Assembly (NCBI GenBank): GCA_023250095.1
Contig: JAHFBI010000002.1
Span: forward strand, 1-45,710
Source: Candidatus Melainabacteria bacterium
Lineage (GTDB): Bacteria > Cyanobacteriota > Vampirovibrionia > Obscuribacterales > Obscuribacteraceae
Direction: 5' to 3'
DNA length: 45,710 nt
The position numbers were made by a program, and so were the translations under genes. The first letter of the stretch is position 1. The number at the start of each line of letters is the position of its first letter. The notes below the pieces were generated by a model. The model did not search any database, had not been told where the DNA came from, and saw only the letters and a program-made list of their open reading frames with translations. Positions 17,721 through 26,205 of the stretch are shown here, one piece after another.

Positions 17721-19007
17721 GTGAGCAGGCGATGTTATGAGCCAGTCCATAGTAGACTGGCAGCCTTACAGCTTGGAAGAAAGGGAGACACATTGGCGGG
17801 AACCGGGACAATCAAGCCGATTTTGATTGGCGAGCTGCTCTTTACGGCGGGAGTTCTCAGGCGAGAGGATCTCAGCCGAGCTTTGCAGATCTCCAGTGAA
17901 CACGGGCTGCCAATCGGGCGTGTGCTGATTATCTTGCAATATTTGAGCGAGGAGGAGCTGAAAGCAGCTTTGCAAGCTCAGTCGCTCATCAATGATGGCA
18001 TCCTGGCTGTGGCGATGGGTGTCAAAGCCATCGACCTGGTCAAATGCAACAAGGTCAAGCTCGATCAGGCGCTGGAGCATCTGGGCTGGGTGCGCAGCGA
18101 AGTGCTGGAAGGCAATAAACTGGGCGAGCTTCTGCTTGGATCCGGAATGCTGACAGCTGAGCAGTTGAGCGAGGCGCTGGCAATGAGTGCTGAAACTCGC
18201 CTGCCGATTGGAAGAATTCTTTTGCTGACCGGTGTACTGCCCGATGAACTCCTGACCTCGGTTCTTAATGCGCAGATGATGATCCGGCATGGAAAGCTCA
18301 CCAGGCAGGAGGCTCTGGGCGGGCTAGTGGCTGCCAGGCAGCGTTGTCGGGCTAGCAAGCAGGATCTCATACATCATCGCGCCGGTCGGTTGCCTCGCTA
18401 TCAAGCCATCAAGCTCGGACAGCTCTTTGTCCTTTCGGGCTTGTTGACGGAGGCTGATTTGATGAATTCTTTGCAGAAGAGCCTGGGGGACAAGCTGGCG
18501 CTAGGCGAAGTCTTTGTGGAATCAGGCTTTGCCAGCCGGGCAACGCTTGACTCGGCGCTGCGCCTACAGGAGATGGTGATAAACGGCACGCTAAATGCTC
18601 TGGAGGCTGCCGAAGCTCTCTGGCGTATTCATACCAGTGCGGTAGAGTTGAGCGAGGCTGTGGCATTCATCGCCATGAACGAGGCGGACCGCGACGAATT
18701 CTTGCGAATAGATCAATTGCTCATTCTTGTGGGACTTGTTACGTTAGAACAGCTCGTGACTGTGGTCGATGCAGCCAGCGCTGGCTCTGTTTCTTTTGCT
18801 GACGACTTGCTTCTCAAGGGCATCATTGACAGGGAGACGTTGCGCGCGGCATTGCGCTGCCAGTCCTTATTGCGGCGTGGTTTTCTTGAAATCGAAGAAG
18901 CGATCATCGGCTTGAATTTCTGCAAGCGCAACAAGGTCGGTTTTGATGACGCCCTCGAGCGCCTTAAGTGGACCGTTCCGCTCGGGTGTCGGGAAAGCGG
19001 CACATAG
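17721..19007 (+). CDS. Protein built of four tandem T2SSE_N (MshEN-like) repeats, with no ATPase domain
   Basis: Four repeats of about 95 aa. Each has paired motifs of the type xLGxxLLxxGxLxxxxLxxAL, for example KLGELLLGSGMLTAEQLSEALAMS and LPIGRILLLTGVLPDELLTSVLNAQ. Start is uncertain: GTG at 17721, or TTG at 17793 preceded by AAGGGAGA. Confidence 0.8.
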   Translation: MSRRCYEPVHSRLAALQLGRKGDTLAGTGTIKPILIGELLFTAGVLRREDLSRALQISSEHGLPIGRVLIILQYLSEEELKAALQAQSLINDGILAVAMGVKAIDLVKCNKVKLDQALEHLGWVRSEVLEGNKLGELLLGSGMLTAEQLSEALAMSAETRLPIGRILLLTGVLPDELLTSVLNAQMMIRHGKLTRQEALGGLVAARQRCRASKQDLIHHRAGRLPRYQAIKLGQLFVLSGLLTEADLMNSLQKSLGDKLALGEVFVESGFASRATLDSALRLQEMVINGTLNALEAAEALWRIHTSAVELSEAVAFIAMNEADRDEFLRIDQLLILVGLVTLEQLVTVVDAASAGSVSFADDLLLKGIIDRETLRAALRCQSLLRRGFLEIEEAIIGLNFCKRNKVGFDDALERLKWTVPLGCRESGT

Positions 19008-19053
19008 GGGCTCAGGCGGGCGTGGAGGCTGGAGCCGGAAAGCATGTAACTAA

Positions 19054-19365
19054 ATGGAAAACAGAGACACAGTTCAGCTAATTTTTCTCGGGCTTACCGC
19101 ATATCAGGGCGGTAAGCTGCATGACGCCATCGATTATTTGACCAAGGCGCTCGACATAAAGAAAGACGAGTGGGAAGCCCGTCTTTATCTGGGAATGGCT
19201 TATTATCGGACCGGGCAGCGCAAGCAGGCCAAATTCCAGTTCCAGTCTGTTCTCGACTGGTGCCAGAATCAAGAAATTCGCAAGATGGCTAAAGTGGCGC
19301 TCGATGCCGTCAATCTTGAACTGAGCCAGCAGCAAAGAGGCACATCCAGCTTCCACGAAATGTAA
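19054..19365 (+). CDS. Small TPR-repeat protein
   Basis: TPR-like helices: GLTAYQGGKLHDAIDYLTKALDIKKDEWEARLYLGMAYYRTGQRKQAKFQFQSVL. Confidence 0.7.
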   Translation: MENRDTVQLIFLGLTAYQGGKLHDAIDYLTKALDIKKDEWEARLYLGMAYYRTGQRKQAKFQFQSVLDWCQNQEIRKMAKVALDAVNLELSQQQRGTSSFHEM

Positions 19366-19431
19366 GAGTGCCCTGTTGTGATGACCTTTTGAAGGTACTA
19401 CGGCAGATAATAGAGAATATCAACAGAAAAC

Positions 19432-19473
19432 GTTCCCGGGAGAGGCTTTTGCTGCCTTCCTGGGAACATTTCT
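19432..19473. terminator. Imperfect hairpin between convergent genes
   Basis: GTTCCCGGGAG ... CTTCCTGGGAAC (11 pairs including two G-U), followed by ATTTCT. Confidence 0.35.
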
Positions 19474-19515
19474 GCACTGGGGGTTCGTTGGGTCTGGAAC
19501 CAGCCAGTTTCTACA

Positions 19516-20316
19516 TTACCGGCTCGGCAGGAAAGTGCCTTGCGTCTCGTCAAAGGCATAGCGAGCCCCGTTGAACTCCAGCCTGAAGGCAAATCCCAGT
19601 TTGAAAGCCGCAAGGCTGCACGACTGGAAGCGATCGCCATAGAGGTTGTAGATGAGCGCTGGCTTGCACACGCGTTCGTCGATTTTGAGATGCAGAACAA
19701 GCTCGTCTCCGTCGGGGGCGAGTTTGGCGTTCTTGATGGCGAAATTAGCCCTGTCATGGATGCCGCCCCGCCGCAGGGGGATCCAGCTCAGGCGAAACCA
19801 GGTGAGAACACGCAGGATTGCGGCACGCCTGTCGCGAACCCGGTCTTCATCACCGACACACTTATCGGCTATGACTACGATATCGAGCGCCGGGTCGGTG
19901 GTCTTCACAGTCACATAACGGTGTGCCCTGTGGCAGGCGATGATCTTGACCACGCGCTTGATGATATCGGACGGCAATGTTTCGTCGTCGCCTTCCAGTG
20001 TGAGCTTGCGCAAGAAATCCTGTGCCCAGGCAGCGCCGGCGCTATCGTGCTTTTCCACATCAATAGCTCGGCCGATGTCGTGCAGGAAAGCCCCGAGGGG
20101 GATGACAATCTGCATCGTCCAGTCGGAGAGCAACTCCGGACGGTGTGCCTGGACGATGGCGGTGAGATCGGCTGCGACGTCGCGCACTTCGAAAGCGTGC
20201 CCGATGTCGTGTTTCGTTTGAGCTCGGCTGAGGTGATCTCCGTGCGCGTAGAGGTCCAGCAAACGCTGGTCTCTGTAGCAGGCCTCAACCAGGCGTTTTG
20301 CTTTGTCGATGTTCAT
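19516..20316 (-). CDS. HD-domain metal-dependent phosphohydrolase-like protein
   Basis: H...HD pattern: KHDIGHAFEV and GAFLHDIGRAID. AGGAG lies upstream of the ATG. Confidence 0.8.
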   Translation of the reverse strand: MNIDKAKRLVEACYRDQRLLDLYAHGDHLSRAQTKHDIGHAFEVRDVAADLTAIVQAHRPELLSDWTMQIVIPLGAFLHDIGRAIDVEKHDSAGAAWAQDFLRKLTLEGDDETLPSDIIKRVVKIIACHRAHRYVTVKTTDPALDIVVIADKCVGDEDRVRDRRAAILRVLTWFRLSWIPLRRGGIHDRANFAIKNAKLAPDGDELVLHLKIDERVCKPALIYNLYGDRFQSCSLAAFKLGFAFRLEFNGARYAFDETQGTFLPSR

Positions 20317-20638
20317 GGCGACTCCTGTTTAGATTTTCAGGCGGCATAAATTCGCCCGGTTGAGGCCGGACTTATGTCGACTCTGGCGAAATTACACTTA
20401 CCTCTTGCTAGGAGGAGCCAAAAACCTGGTGATAGCAGACGTCACTTGGGTTTTGTCTTGACTTGGGCTCCTTGTTCTCTTTCTTTGTTTGGATGAGGTA
20501 GGCCCTGACCCTAGCAAAAGCTTGTGCCAGGACCAATAGGAGGGTTGTCAATAATTGCCTAAAAACGATTAAGCTTGTGCCCGATAAGGAGTACAAGCTG
20601 GCGAAGCTGACACAGGTCTCATAGGGTCTGGAGCTGTA

Positions 20639-21409
20639 TCAGATTGCCGGCTCGTCTTCGACTTGCTCGCTAATTTGTGTTTGCAGGAAGTTGATCAGCT
20701 TTTCGGCGTGGCTTCGCCCGAGTTCGTCCCAGTGCGCAATGCCAAATGACCGCGAAGAATATTGGTCGGCCTGCTCGTCACTCCAGCCGACAAGATCAAG
20801 GGCCCGACCCAGCACGGTCAGATAATTTTGATCTGTGATCTCGCCAAGCCCGAGCGTGTCCTCCGCTGTCTGTTTGGGCTGGGCCGGTTGACCGGACGCC
20901 TGCGCAACGTTCACAGCTGGACCGATGGAGATTTCCTGCATGGGAAATATCTCTGGTGGAGGAGTGTATTCTTCTTCCAGCGGCTGCCAGGGCGAAGAAA
21001 TCTCCCCTTTCAGCTCTTGCTTCAAAGTGATTGAGATCATCAACTGGCGCAGCTCATCGATTTGCTTAGAAATCTCGATGAAACGCCGCTCGCAAAAACT
21101 TCTGAAGCCAATCATGGCTTCCATCAGCATTTCCGGATTGCCGGGCGGCTGCGGCATGCCGATAAGCTTGGGAGTGATCAATCCTTCGGCTTCAAGCTGG
21201 GGCCTTATCTGGGAGGTCGGCCAGCCCTGCTCGACGAGTTCCTTGATGCGCTCGAGGACTGTCATATCTTCCGGACGGTATTGCCGCTGCTGTCCCCTGC
21301 CCCGTTTGATCTCCAGACCGAACATCAGCTCCCAGCGTCTGAGCTGGTGTACGGACAGTCCGAGGCGCGCTGCGACGGTGTTGATTGATAACAGGTCTAA
21401 TTGCGTCAT
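20639..21409 (-). CDS. MerR-family HTH transcriptional regulator with unknown C-terminal domain
   Basis: N-terminal LLSINTVAARLGLSVHQLRRWELMFGL...RQYRPEDMTVLERIKEL. Start chosen at MTQLD (21409, GGAGA upstream). The track ORF extends to 21661. Confidence 0.8.
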   Translation of the reverse strand: MTQLDLLSINTVAARLGLSVHQLRRWELMFGLEIKRGRGQQRQYRPEDMTVLERIKELVEQGWPTSQIRPQLEAEGLITPKLIGMPQPPGNPEMLMEAMIGFRSFCERRFIEISKQIDELRQLMISITLKQELKGEISSPWQPLEEEYTPPPEIFPMQEISIGPAVNVAQASGQPAQPKQTAEDTLGLGEITDQNYLTVLGRALDLVGWSDEQADQYSSRSFGIAHWDELGRSHAEKLINFLQTQISEQVEDEPAI

Positions 21410-21841
21410 TGATTTCTCCGGAGAAAGCTGGAAGGAGAGCTGGCTTACGCTGGTGCTCTCTAATCTGGTAATGGTCGCAGCTGTGAATGGCGTTGGCGGC
21501 AAGAGCGCTGCCGAAGACTGCGTATATGGGCTGAGCCCTGTGTGTCCTTCCTTTCCATCTTTCATTAGCGCAGCTAAGCGAGTCACTACACAATAATACA
21601 AGATGAATCGACAAATGGTCATCTCTTGCTCACAATTCCTGCCGGCGTGCCAGAGCGACACTGTGTGTACTACCTACGCTATTGCGTAGTAATAAAAATA
21701 AAAAATGAAAGGCGGCAAATCAGGCACTGTAGGCTCCTGAAATAGATTCGCCGCTTGGAAAGGCCTGCTCTTGTACTGTGTGAGGGGACCGGAATGGTCC
21801 AGTCTATACAAGCCCTGGACCATCCGGTCAGCAGACGGTGC

Positions 21842-22294
21842 TTACCGCACGAACTGGCGATTGCCCCAGCTGTCGATGTAATAGTATCCGCCCCGGTAGT
21901 TGTCCCAGTAGGCGGTGACGTAGCGCTCCGTGGAGATTTCGCGGGGTGCAAGCACCCAGCAACCCAGGTAGCTGTCCCAGACGCGAACGTTGACGATTCG
22001 CGTCTCTAAGACACGCACGGAGATGGGCGGGTGGTAGTTGTAGCGAGGACCACAGCCATAGCCGTAATCGTCGCAGTCCGGCACCCGATAGACAGGACCG
22101 CAGCCGGGCGTCCGGTAGCAGGGATCCCGGTAGATGGGTCCGGGGAAGTGTCGCGGTCCGTGGCTCTCGCGATAGTCGAACGAGAAGCCGCCGCGGCCGC
22201 CGAAGACGTGGAAGCCGAAGCTGTCAGCGAAGGCGGGAGTGGAAAGGAACAGCCCTGCGGTGAGCAAGGCCACTGCGATGGCGAAACGCTTCAT
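21842..22294 (-). CDS. Secreted Tyr/Gly/Arg/Pro-rich protein with six mature Cys
   Basis: Signal peptide MKRFAIAVALLTAGLFLSTPAFA at an internal ATG of track ORF 21842-22345. The mature part includes CYRTPGCGPVYRVPDCDDYGYGCGPRYNY. My hand count of the printed sequence puts this ATG one nt higher, so coordinates may be off by 1 nt. Confidence 0.6.
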   Translation of the reverse strand: MKRFAIAVALLTAGLFLSTPAFADSFGFHVFGGRGGFSFDYRESHGPRHFPGPIYRDPCYRTPGCGPVYRVPDCDDYGYGCGPRYNYHPPISVRVLETRIVNVRVWDSYLGCWVLAPREISTERYVTAYWDNYRGGYYYIDSWGNRQFVR

Positions 22295-22787
22295 AGTAAT
22301 TCTCCGGATCGGGTGGTTTGCACCAGCTCCGATCATCTGCACCACAGGCTTTTGTTATGAGCCGGGATTCCTGCCTGTAAAAGAATCCTGGTCACCCGTA
22401 TATGTGAAACAGCAGCCGCCACCATGTGATGGAAAATTGGCTCGGGAAAGGCAATTAGGTTGGCTGGTGCTGGTAGTGGGAGACTAGGTGGGGATGAAAA
22501 GAAGTGATCTGAAGTTAGCAGAGGACTATATGAAAGCTCAAGCTAAGATCCAGGCAGCAGGTTGCCGGTAAAAGCGCCTAAAACCGCCAGATTTGCTTCC
22601 TTCCCGGCTAGTAAAGCCCGAGCCTGCGCAAGCTTTGCCAGGGAGAAATGATCCTCTTTACAATTGATGTGGCTCATTAATTTTCCAGAAGAACATTGAT
22701 CCCAACCCGGTTCTGATGAACAAACGCCGGTCCTGCTTCTACAATTAGGCAAGTGATTCCAGCTCCCAAGCCAATCAGGAAGAGAAA

Positions 22788-24053
22788 ATGCCTCAGTTAA
22801 GCGGGCTCACAGGCAAGCGTAGAGCCATTATTGTTGTCGTGGATGGATGTGGCATCGGGGCAGCCCCTGATGCTCAGGCTTTCGGAGATGCGCCAAGCTG
22901 CAATACTCTCGCTAACATAGCTAGTGCCATGGGCGGGCTGAAGCTGCCGGTTCTCTCATCTCTGGGATTGGGCAATATTATCCCCATTGCCGGGCTGGCA
23001 GACTCCAGTGAGCCGGTGGGGATGTTCGGCAAGCTGAAAGAGTGCTCCTGCGCCAAGGACACCCAGAGCGGACACTGGGAGATGATGGGAGTCGTCAACA
23101 CCGTCGCCTTTCCCATGTATCCCGATGGATTTCCTCCCGACATCATCGCGCGTTTTATTGCCGGGACTGATTGCAAAGGCATCCTTTGCAACAAGCCGGC
23201 ATCCGGGACGGCGATCATCGAACAGTTCGGCGAAGTCCATCAGAAAACCGGCTATCCGATTGTTTACACATCCGGCGACAGCGTGTTGCAGATTGCTTGC
23301 CATGTCGATACTGTTCCTCTCACCACCCTCTATGAATGGTGTGAAACGGCCAGGCGTATCATGCAAGGACCTCACCGGGTTGGCAGGATAATTGCTCGCC
23401 CGTTTGCCGGGGAGCCTAAGAATTATCGTCGCCTGAGCATGGAGAGACGGGACTTCGGTGTCAAGCCGCCGGCTCCCACATTCATGGACGAGCTTGTTTC
23501 TGCTGGCGCCGGCGTGCTGGGAATCGGCAAGATCGAGGATATTTTTGACGGGCAGGGACTGAGTCACGCTCAGCATACCGGCAGCAATCGCGAGGGACTG
23601 GAACTTACCCTCAAAGCCATCGAGGGTAAGTTCGACTTGAAAGGGCACAGCATTGTCGAGGAAGCACCGGATGCTGTGCAGCTTATCTTCACCAACCTGG
23701 TTGACACCGACATGCTCTTCGGGCACAGAAGAAACGTGGAGGGCTACGCAAATGCGCTCACTGAAATAGATCGCGGCATCGGCGAAATAATGGAAGCGTT
23801 GAACCCGGACGATCTGTTGATAATATCTTCCGATCACGGCAACGATCCCACTGCCCCGGGAACCGATCACACTCGAGAGTTCGTGCCGCTTCTGGCTTAT
23901 TCAAAGACTCTTGCACGCGCGGGCAGCTTCGAGCACAACATTGGCACCCGCGACGGTTTCTCCGACATGGCCGCCAGCCTGGCCACCTGGCTGGGGCTCA
24001 CCTGGAAGGGACCCGGGCTCTCCTTTATCCCCCAACTTTCAAAGGTTTCTTGA
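22788..24053 (+). CDS. deoB: Phosphopentomutase
   Basis: Matches the DeoB/Drm pattern throughout: VVDGCGIGAAPDA, GHWEMMG, NKPASGTAII, YTSGDSVLQIA, VGRIIARPF, NLVDTDMLFGHRRN, SSDHGNDPT, GTDHTREFVPLLAYS. AGGAAG lies upstream. Confidence 0.93.
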   Translation: MPQLSGLTGKRRAIIVVVDGCGIGAAPDAQAFGDAPSCNTLANIASAMGGLKLPVLSSLGLGNIIPIAGLADSSEPVGMFGKLKECSCAKDTQSGHWEMMGVVNTVAFPMYPDGFPPDIIARFIAGTDCKGILCNKPASGTAIIEQFGEVHQKTGYPIVYTSGDSVLQIACHVDTVPLTTLYEWCETARRIMQGPHRVGRIIARPFAGEPKNYRRLSMERRDFGVKPPAPTFMDELVSAGAGVLGIGKIEDIFDGQGLSHAQHTGSNREGLELTLKAIEGKFDLKGHSIVEEAPDAVQLIFTNLVDTDMLFGHRRNVEGYANALTEIDRGIGEIMEALNPDDLLIISSDHGNDPTAPGTDHTREFVPLLAYSKTLARAGSFEHNIGTRDGFSDMAASLATWLGLTWKGPGLSFIPQLSKVS

Positions 24054-24054
24054 T

Positions 24055-24585
24055 ATGACTGTTGACACGATCGGCGCCTTGAAGGGCGCGGCGCTTGTGG
24101 ATTTTACAGGCACGCTCAGCGGGTATACTCAGCTTCCGCGTTTTTCACAAGATTTTGTTTCCCTGGTCAGAGGAGGCTTATCGTCTCATTCTCTGGTTAT
24201 CGTCGATCGTGGTGTCTGGATGGAAGAAGCAGAGCCTCTGGTTGTAAGCGATCATCTGAATCTGACAGGATCAAACCCGCTGGTCGGTCCGAACCATCCG
24301 TCCGGGGAGCGCTTTCCTGTTGTGCAGGGCGTGTACCTTACCGACTGCCTGAAGGGAGTCAAACAGGGCATTGCTGCCGGACTGAAGGAAGGTGTAGTTC
24401 CTGGACCGGAGGATATTGCTCTGGTGCGTTCCTTCGGGGCTCGATGCTGTTGCTATAATCTGGTGCCGTCCATGCTGATCGCCGCCCATGCCGGACTGAA
24501 GGTGCTGGGGCTTGTCCTGCCTGAAGGCAGGCAGTTGAGCGCTCAGACAATAGATGCGATAAACACTCTGACCGGGGGCAAATGA
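24055..24585 (+). CDS. Short (176 aa) degenerate purine-nucleoside-phosphorylase-like paralogue
   Basis: ATG at 24055 within track ORF 23911-24585. It retains the PNP loop SDHLNLTGSNPLVGPNHPSGERFPVV. It lacks the N-terminal phosphate-binding third. The GPSxET and GMST motifs are replaced (GPEDIA, CCCYNLVPS). Its stop overlaps the next start (ATGA at 24582-24585). Confidence 0.75.
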   Translation: MTVDTIGALKGAALVDFTGTLSGYTQLPRFSQDFVSLVRGGLSSHSLVIVDRGVWMEEAEPLVVSDHLNLTGSNPLVGPNHPSGERFPVVQGVYLTDCLKGVKQGIAAGLKEGVVPGPEDIALVRSFGARCCCYNLVPSMLIAAHAGLKVLGLVLPEGRQLSAQTIDAINTLTGGK

Positions 24586-25421
24586 TGACACAGTTGGCAG
24601 CAAGGCCGGTTTCACAGGCTGTGGAATTTCTTTTCAAAGTGAGCAAAGAAATTCCTTCCTTTGCCGTGGTGCTGGGTTCAGGGGTAAAAGTGCTCGAGGA
24701 TCTTCCCGAGCAGGTAAATGTATCGTACGAGGAAGTTTTCGGCATTTCGCCCGGGGTTGTCGGTCATGCCGGCTCACTCACACTCGGACGGGTAGGCGGG
24801 AAGCTGGTGGCGGTCTTGCGCGGGCGTTTCCATCTCTACGAGGGCTACGATTTCGAGACGGTAACTTTGCCGGCGCGTGTGGTCCGTGAGTGGGGCGTGC
24901 CCAATCTCTATCTGACGAATGCTGCCGGAGGCATGAACGAGAGCTTCCATGTCGGCGACCTGATGTTGATCACTGGTTACAAGGATCATCTCCATCCCCG
25001 CTACCAGCAGACTGGTCTTTTGCCGGCTTTGAAAAGCGCGCCGGTGGACTGCCGGAACAAGCTGACCGATCATTTGCTGGCCGTCTCGAAGAGACTAAAC
25101 GTTCAGGACGTCGATTTCCGCTCGCTTAGAACCGGCGTGTATGCCGGTTTGCTTGGACCGAGCTACGAAACGCTGGCGGAAATCGATATGCTCAAGAAGC
25201 TGAAGGCCGATGCTGTAGGGATGTCCACCGTCACCGAGCTCGAGGCTGTGCGAGGCTCGTCGACGACGGCGGCGGCAATCTCCGTGGTCACAAATGTATG
25301 GAGCCCCGATGAGATAATCGGCGGGCATGAAGAAGTGCTGACAGCTGCGCGGGAAGCTTCTCAAAGACTCGACAGGCTCTTTCGAGCGGCCATAGCCGAT
25401 TATTCTCCGGAAACAATCTGA
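24582..25421 (+). CDS. Purine nucleoside phosphorylase (trimeric PNP / PunA-type family)
   Basis: VLGSGV, GHAGSLTLG, RGRFHLYEGY, LTNAAGG, GPSYETLAE, DAVGMSTVTE, SVVTN. Confidence 0.9.
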   Translation: MMTQLAARPVSQAVEFLFKVSKEIPSFAVVLGSGVKVLEDLPEQVNVSYEEVFGISPGVVGHAGSLTLGRVGGKLVAVLRGRFHLYEGYDFETVTLPARVVREWGVPNLYLTNAAGGMNESFHVGDLMLITGYKDHLHPRYQQTGLLPALKSAPVDCRNKLTDHLLAVSKRLNVQDVDFRSLRTGVYAGLLGPSYETLAEIDMLKKLKADAVGMSTVTELEAVRGSSTTAAAISVVTNVWSPDEIIGGHEEVLTAAREASQRLDRLFRAAIADYSPETI

Positions 25422-26116
25422 TGGGACTGGATTGTGTACTGGTCGGCAGCGACAGCCAGTTTTTTACCGGCAGCTATCAGCCAGTGATCGAAAAGGTGTT
25501 TGCAGCTCTCAAGTCGGATCATCCGGACCTGCCGGCTCCCGCAATCGGCACGACAGCTGGCGAGGATCTCAGCGGGCGGGTTGGCTCGTACGGCGCCATT
25601 CATTACCTCAGGCACTATGCCGCACACCTGGCAATCAACGGATGTCCGCCCGAGAATCCCTTTCAAGACGGCAAGCACCCGTTGCTCGAAGATGTCTATA
25701 GAGGGCGCTACAAAATTGACAAGTTCCGCCACCTGATCGAGCACTCCGATTGCGATGGTTTCTATGTTCCCATCGATTTTCCCGATCCTGTATCTCTCGA
25801 TGTCCGCAGCAGCGAGTTCGCTGAAGAAGAAGAGGCGCAGAAACGCTCCTGGTTCTCGCGTATCTTCCTCATTTTCTTTCCCCAGTTGAACCGTTCGGCG
25901 CTTACTACCATAGGCTCCAGCCAGCGGCTTCTGGCGGAGCTAGATGAGCTGAATCTTTCCTTGAAGATGAAAGGCGATCTCGGTCAGCTGGGGCAGGATC
26001 AGTGCCGCCAGATGATCGAAGACGATCCCTGGCACAATGAGAAATGGGTCTGGGCAACTCTGCACTGGCTTGCCCGTGAGAGCGTTGAAAGATCGCTTAT
26101 TCTGGAATTTTGTTAG
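25421..26116 (+). CDS. Hypothetical protein (231 aa) translationally coupled to PNP
   Basis: The start overlaps the PNP stop (TGATG at 25419-25423). Notable motif: IEHSDCDGFYVPIDFPDP. No family confidently recognised. Confidence 0.65.
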   Translation: MGLDCVLVGSDSQFFTGSYQPVIEKVFAALKSDHPDLPAPAIGTTAGEDLSGRVGSYGAIHYLRHYAAHLAINGCPPENPFQDGKHPLLEDVYRGRYKIDKFRHLIEHSDCDGFYVPIDFPDPVSLDVRSSEFAEEEEAQKRSWFSRIFLIFFPQLNRSALTTIGSSQRLLAELDELNLSLKMKGDLGQLGQDQCRQMIEDDPWHNEKWVWATLHWLARESVERSLILEFC

Positions 26117-26205
26117 ATAGTCTATCTGGCAAAAGGAAAAAGAAATCTTTTCTTTCCCATCCGGTAGTGCCTTATTGAGCCTGCCAGAGACGGCAGAAGC
26201 TTCAT

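Noticed and set aside
20408-20596. 62-aa minus-strand ORF with one hydrophobic segment between the HD and MerR genes
   Set aside because: No SD-like sequence and no motif. It overlaps a weak terminator-like hairpin (20573-20598). Evidence is insufficient to call a gene.
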